Source of the DNA: an uncultured Clostridia bacterium
Lineage (GTDB): Bacteria > Bacillota > Clostridia > Oscillospirales > Ruminococcaceae
Length of the DNA stretch: 58,206 bases
Reading direction: 5' to 3'
NCBI GenBank assembly: GCA_947588775.1
Contig: CANPZQ010000001.1
Coordinates: forward strand, 1-58,206
Under the pieces are notes generated by a model. It saw nothing but the letters and a program-made list of their open reading frames with translations. It had not been told where the DNA came from and did not search any database. The position numbers and the translations under genes were made by a program. Position 1 is the stretch's first letter. Each line of letters starts with the position of its first letter. Positions 30,961 to 39,647 of this stretch are shown in pieces.

Positions 30961-32532
30961 TTATTTTGCATAGTCAACCGCGCGGGATTCGCGTATAAGG
31001 TTGACCTTAATCTGGCCGGGGTACTCCATTTCCTGCTCGATTTTCTGTGAAATTTCGCGGGCGACGATAACCATCTTTTCGTCCGAAACTTTTTCGGGAA
31101 TAACGAGAATTCTTACCTCGCGGCCCGCCTGAATCGCGAAGGATTTCTCTACGCCGTCGAATCCGGAGCAGATTTCCTCGAGCTTTTCAAGGCGTTTGAT
31201 GTAGCTTTCAAAGTTTTCGGAGCGCGCCGCGGGCCTTGCCGCCGAAACGGCGTCCGCCGCCTGAACGAGCGCGGCGATTACGCTGTGGCACTCGACGTCG
31301 CCGTGGTGAGCCTCAATCGCGTGGATAATATCGGGCGACTCCTTATATTTTTTGCAGACGTCGACGCCGATTTGGACGTGGGAGCCCTCGATTTCGTGGC
31401 TGAGGGCCTTGCCGATGTCGTGCAAAAGTCCCGCCCTTCGCGCGAGCGTCGGGTCGACGCCGAGCTCCGACGCCATCATTCCCGCGAGGTGAGCGACCTC
31501 GATGGAGTGGTTGAGGACGTTCTGGCGGTAGCTTGTGCGGTAGTGAAGTCTGCCGATTAGCTTGATGAGCTCGTGGTTAAGCCCGTGAATGTTTGCTTCA
31601 AGCACGGCGCGCTCGCCCTCGGACTTGATGACCTGCTCGACCTCGCGGCGGGCCTTGTCGACCATCTCTTCTATGCGGGTCGGGTGGATTCTGCCGTCCT
31701 GAATAAGCTTTTCAAGCGCGATTCGCGCGACCTCCCTGCGGACCGGGTCGAAGCAGGAAAGCGTAATCGTTTCGGGGGTGTCGTCTATAATAAGGTCTAC
31801 TCCCGTGAGCTGTTCGAGAGCGCGGATATTGCGGCCCTCGCGGCCGATTATGCGGCCCTTCATCTCGTCGTTGGGAAGCGGAACTACGCTTACCGCGGAC
31901 TCGGATACCTGGTCTGCGGCGCAGCGGGCGATTGCGAGGGAGATATACTGTCTTGCCTTAGCCTCGCATTCCTCCTTAATCTGCGCCTCGTAATTCATAA
32001 TTTTTACGGCTTTTTCGTGTACAAGCTCGTCGTCCAGCTGCTTTAAAAGGTATTCCTTCGCCTGATCGACGGTGAACTGGGAAATTCTCTCGAGCATTTC
32101 AAGCTGCCCGCGACGAACTCCCTCGGCTTCCTCAAGCTTTGCGTCGGCCTGCTGAAGCTTCTGCTGGACGAGGTCGTTTTTGCGGTCGAGGTTGTCGAGC
32201 TTTTTGTCGAGGGTTTCCTCTTTCTGCTGAACGCGTCTTTCCTGCCTTGAAATCTCCGAGCGGCGTTCCTTTATTTCGCGCTCGGCTTCCTGACGGGCCT
32301 TGTAAATTTCGTCCTTAGTTTCAATCAGCTTTTCTTTTTTAAGTGAATCGGCGGTCTTTTTGGCCTCGTCGACAATTCTTTCGGCCTCCTGCTCCGCCGA
32401 GCCTATCTGTGCTTCTGCTTTTGTCTTTCTATCATTATAGCCGCGCTTATAGAAGATTATCCCGCACACAACTCCGGCAGCGACGGCCGCGGCGACAGCT
32501 AAAAGCAGTGCAATCCATGGACTCATTGGCAT
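30961..32532 (-). CDS. rny: ribonuclease Y
   Basis: N-terminal TM, long coiled coil, KH domain ([15 protein letters not shown]), HD domain ([17 protein letters not shown]). Confidence 0.95.
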   Translation of the reverse strand: MPMSPWIALLLAVAAAVAAGVVCGIIFYKRGYNDRKTKAEAQIGSAEQEAERIVDEAKKTADSLKKEKLIETKDEIYKARQEAEREIKERRSEISRQERRVQQKEETLDKKLDNLDRKNDLVQQKLQQADAKLEEAEGVRRGQLEMLERISQFTVDQAKEYLLKQLDDELVHEKAVKIMNYEAQIKEECEAKARQYISLAIARCAADQVSESAVSVVPLPNDEMKGRIIGREGRNIRALEQLTGVDLIIDDTPETITLSCFDPVRREVARIALEKLIQDGRIHPTRIEEMVDKARREVEQVIKSEGERAVLEANIHGLNHELIKLIGRLHYRTSYRQNVLNHSIEVAHLAGMMASELGVDPTLARRAGLLHDIGKALSHEIEGSHVQIGVDVCKKYKESPDIIHAIEAHHGDVECHSVIAALVQAADAVSAARPAARSENFESYIKRLEKLEEICSGFDGVEKSFAIQAGREVRILVIPEKVSDEKMVIVAREISQKIEQEMEYPGQIKVNLIRESRAVDYAK

Positions 32533-32626
32533 TGCTCCTTTCTTGGAAATTTTACTTTGGTTTTGCTCTATAGTCAGTAGATAAGCATAGAATCATATAA
32601 GCATAATAATGCAATATACAGATTAT

Positions 32627-32655
32627 ATTTTATACTCATTTCAACCGGATGTCAA
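32627..32655 (-). promoter_or_regulatory. candidate rny promoter
   Basis: minus strand TTGACA (32655-32650), 17 nt, TAAAAT (32632-32627). Confidence 0.5.
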
Positions 32656-32725
32656 GAGTTTTTTCAATTCTTTTTATACAGAATGTAAATTGCGGGAAAA
32701 TTTTGACGAAAGCGCGGTTTGGCTC

Positions 32726-32754
32726 TTGACAATTGCGGATTTTGGGTGTATTAT
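32726..32754 (+). promoter_or_regulatory. sigma-A type promoter of the T-box leader
   Basis: TTGACA 32726-32731, 17 nt, TATTAT 32749-32754. Confidence 0.6.
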
Positions 32755-32761
32755 CGGTTAT

Positions 32762-32976
32762 AATAAAGCTGTGAAGGAAAAAGCCCGTCTGCGGGCGGCC
32801 GAAAGAGAGCGCGGCAGAAGCTGAGAGCCGCGCGCCGCGCAACGACATAAGGGACACCGTTTCCCGAGCGCGCCCAATCCGCGCCGGCCCCGCCGTTATC
32901 CGGGATATTAGAGTTACAAATATGGGTGGAACCGCGGTTATTGCCGCCCCATGAGCAAGTGCTTGTGGGGCGTTTT
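32762..32976 (+). promoter_or_regulatory. T-box leader (tRNA-sensing riboswitch) with terminator
   Basis: AGAGA bay plus gcgcggc/gccgcgc distal stem; T-box sequence aTATGGGTGGAACCGCGG (core 32924-32937); terminator cccca..tgggg 32947-32970 followed by cgTTTTTg. Confidence 0.75.
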
Positions 32977-33010
32977 TGTTTCCCGCCGTCATCAAGAAGG
33001 AAGTTATACG

Positions 33011-33820
33011 ATGAACGATTTATTTCGCGGCTTATTCAGCCGTCAGCCCGAAAAAGTGATTTGCGGCGACTACTACTACGGCGCCGACGCCGACGGCGAC
33101 CAATTTGATGAAGAGGATCGCGATTATTGGCTCGGCGGCCGCTTCGGTGACAACTGGCAGTATAAGCAGCACGAAAACCCCGTCCACGCGGAGGTTTTCA
33201 AAGAAGTCCGCAGACTGTTTTCCGATGTGTCCGCGCCGTTTTTGGAAATCGCCTGCGGCCCGGGAATGGGGCTTGCTCCGATAATTTTAGGCAGCAACCC
33301 GAAGCTCGGCTGTCTGGCGACCGACGCCTGCTCGATACTTATCAGGTCATGGCGCGAGTATATAGACAAGAATCTGCGAGATTTTAACATCGGTCTTGCT
33401 CAGTTCAGCGTTCTGGATATTCCGCTTGCCGACGGTTCTTTTGAAAACGTCACAAGCTACATCGGAGTTTCTTCGACGAGAGCGGGCAGAGAGGGCCAAA
33501 TAAAAGCACTGAAAGAAATCCACCGCGTTTTAAAGGACGGCGGAAGGTTCGTCGCAATTGAAAGCGACGGCTGGGCGGATGTTGAAGCGGTCAAAAAGGT
33601 CTACGCTTCGTGGGACCCGCCGCTGTGGAAGCCCTACGGCGACGAGCCCGGCGAAACCTGGAAAGAGATGTTTACAAAGTGCGGATTTGAAATCGAGTCC
33701 TGCGATAAGTCGTACTATCACAAATGGGATAAAAGCGACAACGAGTTCGGCGAACAGTCCGAGCGCGTAGGTATCGAAATAGGGGACATCACCACGCTGT
33801 ATGTTCTGAGAAAAATTTAA
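33011..33820 (+). CDS. class I SAM-dependent methyltransferase
   Basis: motif I LEIACGPGMG, later LKDGGRFVAIE; ATG 33011 chosen because track start 32951 lies inside the T-box terminator. Confidence 0.7.
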   Translation: MNDLFRGLFSRQPEKVICGDYYYGADADGDQFDEEDRDYWLGGRFGDNWQYKQHENPVHAEVFKEVRRLFSDVSAPFLEIACGPGMGLAPIILGSNPKLGCLATDACSILIRSWREYIDKNLRDFNIGLAQFSVLDIPLADGSFENVTSYIGVSSTRAGREGQIKALKEIHRVLKDGGRFVAIESDGWADVEAVKKVYASWDPPLWKPYGDEPGETWKEMFTKCGFEIESCDKSYYHKWDKSDNEFGEQSERVGIEIGDITTLYVLRKI

Positions 33821-33846
33821 TACTATATAAATTAGGAGGATACACC

Positions 33847-35613
33847 ATGAAAGTAATCTATTCAAACGGCACCGTCGGCGAATGCGCACCCGAGGAGGAG
33901 CTGCATATTCTTCGGCACTCCGCCGCCCACATCATGGCGCAGGCGATTTCTCGCCTCTGGCCGGAGGCAAAGTTCGCCTACGGTCCCGCCAACGAGCAGG
34001 GCTTCTACTACGACGTCGACCTCGGCGATAAAACCGTCGGCGAGGAGGATTTGGCAAAAATCGAAGCGGAGATGCAGAAAATCGTCAAGGAAAATCTCCC
34101 GATTCGACCCTTTATTCTTCCCCGCGAGGAGGCCGTGGCGTTCATGCAGGAGCGCGGCGAAAAGTACAAGGTCGAGCATATCGCCGACCTGCCGGAGGAC
34201 GCGGTAATAAGCTTCTACAAGCAGGGCGACTATGTCGACATGTGCGTAGGGCCGCACCTCACCTATACGAAGGGGCTTAAGTCGTTTTTCAAGCTCACCG
34301 CCGTTTCTGGGGCGTACTGGAAAAACAACAAGGACAACAAGATGCTCACCCGAATCAAGGGAATCGCCTTCCGCACCCGCGAGGAGCTTGACAACTATCT
34401 CAAACTCATGGAAGAGGCCGAAAAGCGCGACCACCGCAAAATCGGCAAGGAGATGCGGCTGTTTATGCTCGCCGACGAGGCACCGGGCTTCCCGTTCTTC
34501 CTCCCGAAGGGAATGGTTATAAAGAACGCGCTGATTGACTACTGGCGCGAAATCCACACCCGCGAGCACTATGTAGAGGTTCAGACGCCGATGATTATGA
34601 ACCGCCATCTCTGGGAAACCTCGGGACACTGGGACCACTACAAGGACAACATGTACTCGACGATAATCGACGACGAAACGTACTGCATAAAGCCGATGAA
34701 CTGCCCCGGCGGAGTTATGGTTTACCGCTCGCAGCCCCATTCCTACCGCGACCTGCCGATGCGCGTCGGCGAGCTCGGGCTTGTTCACCGCCATGAGCTT
34801 AAGGGAACGCTTCACGGGCTCTTCCGCGTAAGATGCTTTACGCAGGACGACGCGCATATCTTCATGACGCGCGAGCAGATTACCGACGAAATCATCGGGG
34901 TAGTTAATCTCATCGACGAGGTGTATAAAAAATTCGGCTTCAAGTATACGGTTGAGCTCTCCACCCGCCCGGAGGATTCTATGGGCTCGGACGAGGACTG
35001 GGAGGCCGCGACCAACGGCCTTAAGCTCGCGCTTGAAAAGCTCGGTCTGCCCTATACGGTAAACGAGGGCGACGGGGCGTTCTACGGGCCGAAGATCGAC
35101 TTCCACATCGAGGACTGCCTCGGAAGGTCGTGGCAGTGCGGAACGATTCAGCTCGACTTCCAGATGCCGCTGAACTTCAATCTCGAATACGTCGACCAGA
35201 ACGGCGAAAAGAAGCGTCCGATAATGATTCACCGCGTCGTTTTCGGCTCGATTGAGCGGTTTATCGGAAACCTCATAGAGCAGTTTGCCGGAAAGTTCCC
35301 GACATGGCTCGCGCCGGTTCAGGCAAAGGTGCTTTTGGTTTCGGAAAAATGCGCCGACTACGGCAACAAGGTCTATGAAACTCTTAGAGCCGCTAAGGTT
35401 AGAACCGAGCTCGACGACCGCAACGAGAAAATCGGCTACATGATTCGCGAGGCGCAGGTTCTCGACAGGGTTCCGTATATGGTAATCGTCGGCCAGAAGG
35501 AGGCCGAGGAAGGCACCGTTTCAATCCGCAGGCTCGACACCACCGAAAACGTGACGATGAAGCTTGAGGAGTTTGTAGAGAAGATTACAGCGGAGATTCG
35601 GGATAGGGTTTGA
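33847..35613 (+). CDS. thrS: threonine--tRNA ligase (short N-terminus, apparently lacking a full TGS domain)
   Basis: RHSAAHIMAQA, class II motifs (YCIKPMNCPGG, FRVRCFTQDDAHIF, GAFYGPKIDF), anticodon-binding C-terminus. Confidence 0.9.
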   Translation: MKVIYSNGTVGECAPEEELHILRHSAAHIMAQAISRLWPEAKFAYGPANEQGFYYDVDLGDKTVGEEDLAKIEAEMQKIVKENLPIRPFILPREEAVAFMQERGEKYKVEHIADLPEDAVISFYKQGDYVDMCVGPHLTYTKGLKSFFKLTAVSGAYWKNNKDNKMLTRIKGIAFRTREELDNYLKLMEEAEKRDHRKIGKEMRLFMLADEAPGFPFFLPKGMVIKNALIDYWREIHTREHYVEVQTPMIMNRHLWETSGHWDHYKDNMYSTIIDDETYCIKPMNCPGGVMVYRSQPHSYRDLPMRVGELGLVHRHELKGTLHGLFRVRCFTQDDAHIFMTREQITDEIIGVVNLIDEVYKKFGFKYTVELSTRPEDSMGSDEDWEAATNGLKLALEKLGLPYTVNEGDGAFYGPKIDFHIEDCLGRSWQCGTIQLDFQMPLNFNLEYVDQNGEKKRPIMIHRVVFGSIERFIGNLIEQFAGKFPTWLAPVQAKVLLVSEKCADYGNKVYETLRAAKVRTELDDRNEKIGYMIREAQVLDRVPYMVIVGQKEAEEGTVSIRRLDTTENVTMKLEEFVEKITAEIRDRV

Positions 35614-35626
35614 CTGTTATTATGTG

Positions 35627-35660
35627 AAAAAGGCCGCCTTCGGAGTGAGGGCGGCTTTTT
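35627..35660 (+). terminator. intrinsic terminator after thrS
   Basis: aaaaaggccgcc .. ggcggcttttt, T-run 35656-35660. Confidence 0.8.
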
Positions 35661-36008
35661 GGTGAGGGCTCCCTCCCTTGGGGGAGGGGGTTCCCCACAC
35701 TTAAAGACCCGCACCCATTCCCACGCTTACAATACACTAAACCTATTCCGCTCTCGTTCTCCAAAAAGTAACAACACGCCTTCACTGAAACAAAAAATTC
35801 TCCTCCCTCGCCTACCGTCCAACTCCAAAACAAATCTCTCAACTGCGGCCCAATCATTATCCTCAGAAGTAACAGTGCCTTTGGCAGCAAGCAACTTTAT
35901 AATAACAGCTTCCAAATCGTACCTCTATACCTTAATTTGCTGAGACTTGATTTGTCAAGGGTGTTTTCTGCAAAATTTTCATATGTTTTATAATACGGTT
36001 ATTTGGAG

Positions 36009-36179
36009 ATGACAGAACTGACGCCTGTGATACTTAACGATTTAGTCAAGACGGTATACGTTCACAAGCCTAAAAAAGTCGATGGCAAGCGTGTTGTGGA
36101 CATAGATGTTTCCTATAATTTCGTGGGAATCTTGCCGAAAAGCCTGTTTGAGGACATAAAAAACGAACCGATGGAATAA
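36009..36179 (+). pseudogene. orphan C-terminal fragment of a large serine recombinase (DUF4368-like tail)
   Basis: 56-aa ORF MTELTPVILNDLVKTVYVHKPKKVDGKRVVDIDVSYNFVGILP.. matches my memory of clostridial TndX-type recombinase C-termini; no catalytic domain upstream; lies in an AT-richer patch. Confidence 0.5.
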
Positions 36180-36259
36180 CACATCGGTTCGGAAAACAAT
36201 CAAAAGTTGTTTTATTAAGAACTACCTTCGGCGTACCTTTTTATATTCCCAAAAATCTC

Positions 36260-37204
36260 TTACTTCGCGGCCTTCGCGGCGTGCTTTTTGTCGAGCGCGC
36301 CCTGCCATACGGTCCAGAGGGTCGGGGCGATGCAGTTGGAGCTGTAAACGCCGGCCAGAAGCCCGATTACAAGCGGGAACGCGAAGCTTAGAATCGACTC
36401 GACGCCCGCAACAAGCGAAACGATGCAAATCGTCGCCATCGCGATAACGGTCGTGGCAGTTGTGTGGACAGAACGCCCGAACGACTGCGTAACGCTCATG
36501 TTCACAAGCTCGGCAAGCGATTTCTCGGTGCCGTAGAGGCGGCGGTTTTCACGGATTCTGTCGTAGATGATGATGGTCGCGTTAATCGAGTAGCCCAAAA
36601 TCGTGAGCAGAACCGCCATGAAGTTGGAATCGATGTCGAAGCGGCAAATCAGGCAGCAAGCGTATACGAAGCACATGTCGTGGACAAGCGCGACGACCGC
36701 GCAGCAGCCAGCAACCCAGCCGCCGATTCTGCGGAAGCGGAAGCCGATGTAGATAATCATCACAACCGCCGAGAAGATAACCGCGACGATACACTTTCCG
36801 AAGAAGCCGGAGCCGGTCGACGGGTCGACGTCCTGCGAGCTGTAAAGCTCAAGGTTCGCGGAGGCGAATTGCTCCTGGAGCGTTTCGGTAAGCTCGGACT
36901 GCGCGTCGGCGGTAAGTCCCTCGGAGGAGGGGAAGCTGAGCGCGACGGTCGTTTCGCCGTCGGCAAGGCTCTCGCCCAACGTCGCGTTGCACTGCTGTCC
37001 GGTGGCGGACTGTGCGGCGGCGGCGACGGCGTTTTCGTCGACGGTTCCGTCGTAGGAATAGGTGATAATCGTGCCGCCCTTGAATTCAATGGCGACGTTC
37101 ATGCCGAAAACGGCGGTGAAAACGAAGGAAAGAATTATTACCGCAAGCGAAACGATATAGAAAATCTTTCTCTTTCCCACAACGTCAAAGGTTTTATTCT
37201 TCAT
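36260..37204 (-). CDS. secF: protein translocase subunit SecF
   Basis: FDVVGKRKIFYIVS.., IEFKGGT, 6 TM; ATG 37204 after GGAGGTG; 11-nt overlap with secD. Confidence 0.9.
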   Translation of the reverse strand: MKNKTFDVVGKRKIFYIVSLAVIILSFVFTAVFGMNVAIEFKGGTIITYSYDGTVDENAVAAAAQSATGQQCNATLGESLADGETTVALSFPSSEGLTADAQSELTETLQEQFASANLELYSSQDVDPSTGSGFFGKCIVAVIFSAVVMIIYIGFRFRRIGGWVAGCCAVVALVHDMCFVYACCLICRFDIDSNFMAVLLTILGYSINATIIIYDRIRENRRLYGTEKSLAELVNMSVTQSFGRSVHTTATTVIAMATICIVSLVAGVESILSFAFPLVIGLLAGVYSSNCIAPTLWTVWQGALDKKHAAKAAK

Positions 37205-38606
37205 TTGCGACACCTCCGTACAGCTTGGGATTGCGGAGCGACTTGAACTTCGCAAGCGACGCGAGCATAAGCCTCGTCGCGCCTACTCCGAATACGAAGT
37301 TAAGGATAACGCCGACGAGAAGCGTATAGCCGAAGGAATAGACGGTGCCTTCAATGGTGGTCGGGAAGAGGAAGTAGAGCCACTTCATGACAATCGCGAA
37401 GGCGGAATCCGGCGGGCCGAACGCGCCCATGAGTATAATGGCGACAAAGACGATGGTGATGTTTCCGTCGAAGATGGCGGCCCACGCCCTTGAATAGCCC
37501 TGCTCAAGAGCACTGTAGAGGCCCTTGCCGTTCCGGAGCTCTTCCTTTACGCGCTCAAAGGTGACGACGTTCGCGTCGACGCCCATACCTACCGCAAGGA
37601 TAATACCCGCGATACCGGGGAGCGTAAGGGTGAAGCTCGGAATGTTCCCGAAGAAGCCCGTGATGCAGGCAATAGTGCCGACGACCTGTCCGAAGAGGGC
37701 AATCGAGGCGACAATTCCGGGAAGTCTGTAGACAATAATCATGTAGATGCAGATGACGACGAAGGCGATAACTCCCGCGAGAACCATCGCGTTTCTCGCG
37801 CCCGCGCCGAGGGTCGGCGAAATGGTGGAGAAGTTCGACGTTACCATCTTATAAGGCAGCGCGCCGGCGGAAATCTTATCGGCGAGGGCCTTCGCGGAGT
37901 CGTAGTCGAACGCCTCCGAGGTAATCTGCGCCTGTCCGTCGGTGATTGCCGTTTCGACGGTCGGATAGCTTATGCAGGTGTCGTCCATCCAGATAGAAAT
38001 AGTGCCGTTCGTTTCGGCAAGGCGGGCGGTCGCCTCGGCGAAGTCGGCGGTGCCGGTTTCGTCAAATTCGAGAGAAACGGCAAACTTATACTCGCCGTCC
38101 TCCTCCCACCAGACAGCCTGCGCGCTGTTTACATGCTCGCCGGTGACGATTACGTTTTCGGCGGTAATTCCGGTCGGTAGACCGTATTCGTCGACCTCGT
38201 GGCCCTCGCGGAACGTAAGCTCGGCGGTTTCGCCAAGCTCGCGGACGGCGGCTTCGGGGTCAAAGTTCTCCTCGCCCGCCTGCCACGGGAATCTGACGAT
38301 GATGTCATAGTTTGAATAGTCGACGTAAAGCTCGTAGTCGGTAATGCCGAGGTTTACAAGTCTTACCTCGATGGCGGCCTTTGCGGCGTCCATCTGCGCC
38401 TCGGTGGCGGTAACGCCCTCCGGCGGTGCGAACGTGACGTCAACGCCGCCGCTGATGTCGATGCCCCAGCGGATTTCATCGACGCCCTTGATGTGGCTCG
38501 TTTTAATATCGCCGTAGTAGGTGCTCACGCCGTTGAAGGTCAGAAACGCGAACACGGCTATCAGCACGACAACGATAAAGAACACGGGTTTTTTAATGCG
38601 TCGCAC
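37194..38606 (-). CDS. secD: protein translocase subunit SecD
   Basis: TM1, periplasmic domain (GIDISGGVDV), C-terminal 5 TM; GTG 38606 after GAAGGAGGA. Confidence 0.9.
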   Translation of the reverse strand: MRRIKKPVFFIVVVLIAVFAFLTFNGVSTYYGDIKTSHIKGVDEIRWGIDISGGVDVTFAPPEGVTATEAQMDAAKAAIEVRLVNLGITDYELYVDYSNYDIIVRFPWQAGEENFDPEAAVRELGETAELTFREGHEVDEYGLPTGITAENVIVTGEHVNSAQAVWWEEDGEYKFAVSLEFDETGTADFAEATARLAETNGTISIWMDDTCISYPTVETAITDGQAQITSEAFDYDSAKALADKISAGALPYKMVTSNFSTISPTLGAGARNAMVLAGVIAFVVICIYMIIVYRLPGIVASIALFGQVVGTIACITGFFGNIPSFTLTLPGIAGIILAVGMGVDANVVTFERVKEELRNGKGLYSALEQGYSRAWAAIFDGNITIVFVAIILMGAFGPPDSAFAIVMKWLYFLFPTTIEGTVYSFGYTLLVGVILNFVFGVGATRLMLASLAKFKSLRNPKLYGGVANEE

Positions 38607-38965
38607 TTTATATCCTCCTTCTGATAGATTGCGGACTCGGGGCGCAGCCGCCTTTTGTCCGTAAATAAAAAGCACAGTAAGGCCGAAACGGCGGTTCCGG
38701 CCTTTAGGTCAGCGCATTCCTATATATTATAGTCTTGTCCGCAAAAAAAGTCAATAGAAAAACCAAAAAAATCCGGGGATTGGGGAATTTTTTGGGGGCG
38801 CAGGGTTATGAAGCGGGGAGAGAGGGGGCGAAGCCCGGCCGGCCCGGAGGGACGGCCCCCGCGGCCGGAGGCCGCGGGCGTCGGCCGCGTATGCGGCCGA
38901 CAGGGGCTTCGCCCTAAGCCCCCGCATTTTGCCGAGGCCGGGTAAGAGCCGCCGCCAAAGCCCGC

Positions 38966-39610
38966 TCAGAAGCCGTTTACGAGGCGGTCGCGTACGACCT
39001 CAATCCAGCGGTATTCACGGGTATACCAGTAGTTTTCCGCGAGTGCGTCGAGGTACTGCGAAACGGTGTCGGCGTTGATTCCCGCCTCGGTGTATTCGGT
39101 GGCGTTGTGGCTCGAAAGCCAGCTTACGTCGTATTCCGCGTCGTCAACGGTGATAGAGGGCGTTCCCGCGAAGCCCTCGGCCGACGGCGTAAGCATCATA
39201 AGCATCGTGAAGTCGGAAATCTTCTGCTTGAACTTCGCGAGCGCGTCCTCGGGGAAGGAAAGTGCGAGATAGGAATCCGTCTTTTCGCTGATTTGGTCGT
39301 AGGTGATTCCCGCCTGCCGCCAGTCGTAGATGTTGTGCTCGTAGAGCCAGCCGAGGTTGAAGGCGCGGTCGCCGACGTAAATCGCGTATTCGTCAGCTTC
39401 AAACTCCGCAAGGTCGGCCTCCGGCATATCCTCGGGGTCGCAGAACTCGGAAACCTCGATAGGCGGCTCAACAGGCGGCTCGGTTACGACGGGAGCCTCG
39501 GTTTCGGGGGCGTCGGTGCCTCCGCCTTCCTCGACGGGGGCCGCATCCCCGCATGCCGCAAGCGTCAGAGCCATCGCGGCGGCAAGAATAAGTGAAAGAA
39601 ATTTTTTCAT
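38966..39610 (-). CDS. lipoprotein of unknown function with an internal two-fold repeat
   Basis: lipobox LAAC; repeated ..Y.V.WL..HN......AGI..D..S motif. Confidence 0.6.
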   Translation of the reverse strand: MKKFLSLILAAAMALTLAACGDAAPVEEGGGTDAPETEAPVVTEPPVEPPIEVSEFCDPEDMPEADLAEFEADEYAIYVGDRAFNLGWLYEHNIYDWRQAGITYDQISEKTDSYLALSFPEDALAKFKQKISDFTMLMMLTPSAEGFAGTPSITVDDAEYDVSWLSSHNATEYTEAGINADTVSQYLDALAENYWYTREYRWIEVVRDRLVNGF

Positions 39611-39647
39611 TGCAAATACCTCCTGAATATATACGTTATAAATAGGG

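Noticed and set aside
30789-30977. 62-aa highly basic minus-strand ORF downstream of rny
   Set aside because: It overlaps the rny stop region and the probable terminator. It has no RBS and its composition is dominated by Arg/Lys/Gln from AT-rich intergenic sequence.
32951-33010. Track start of the methyltransferase ORF at 32951
   Set aside because: The first 20 codons coincide with the T-box terminator hairpin and T-tract. ATG 33011 has its own GAAGGAAG RBS.
33862-35232. 456-aa minus-strand ORF
   Set aside because: It is antisense to thrS, which has unmistakable class II tRNA-ligase motifs, so it is a shadow ORF.
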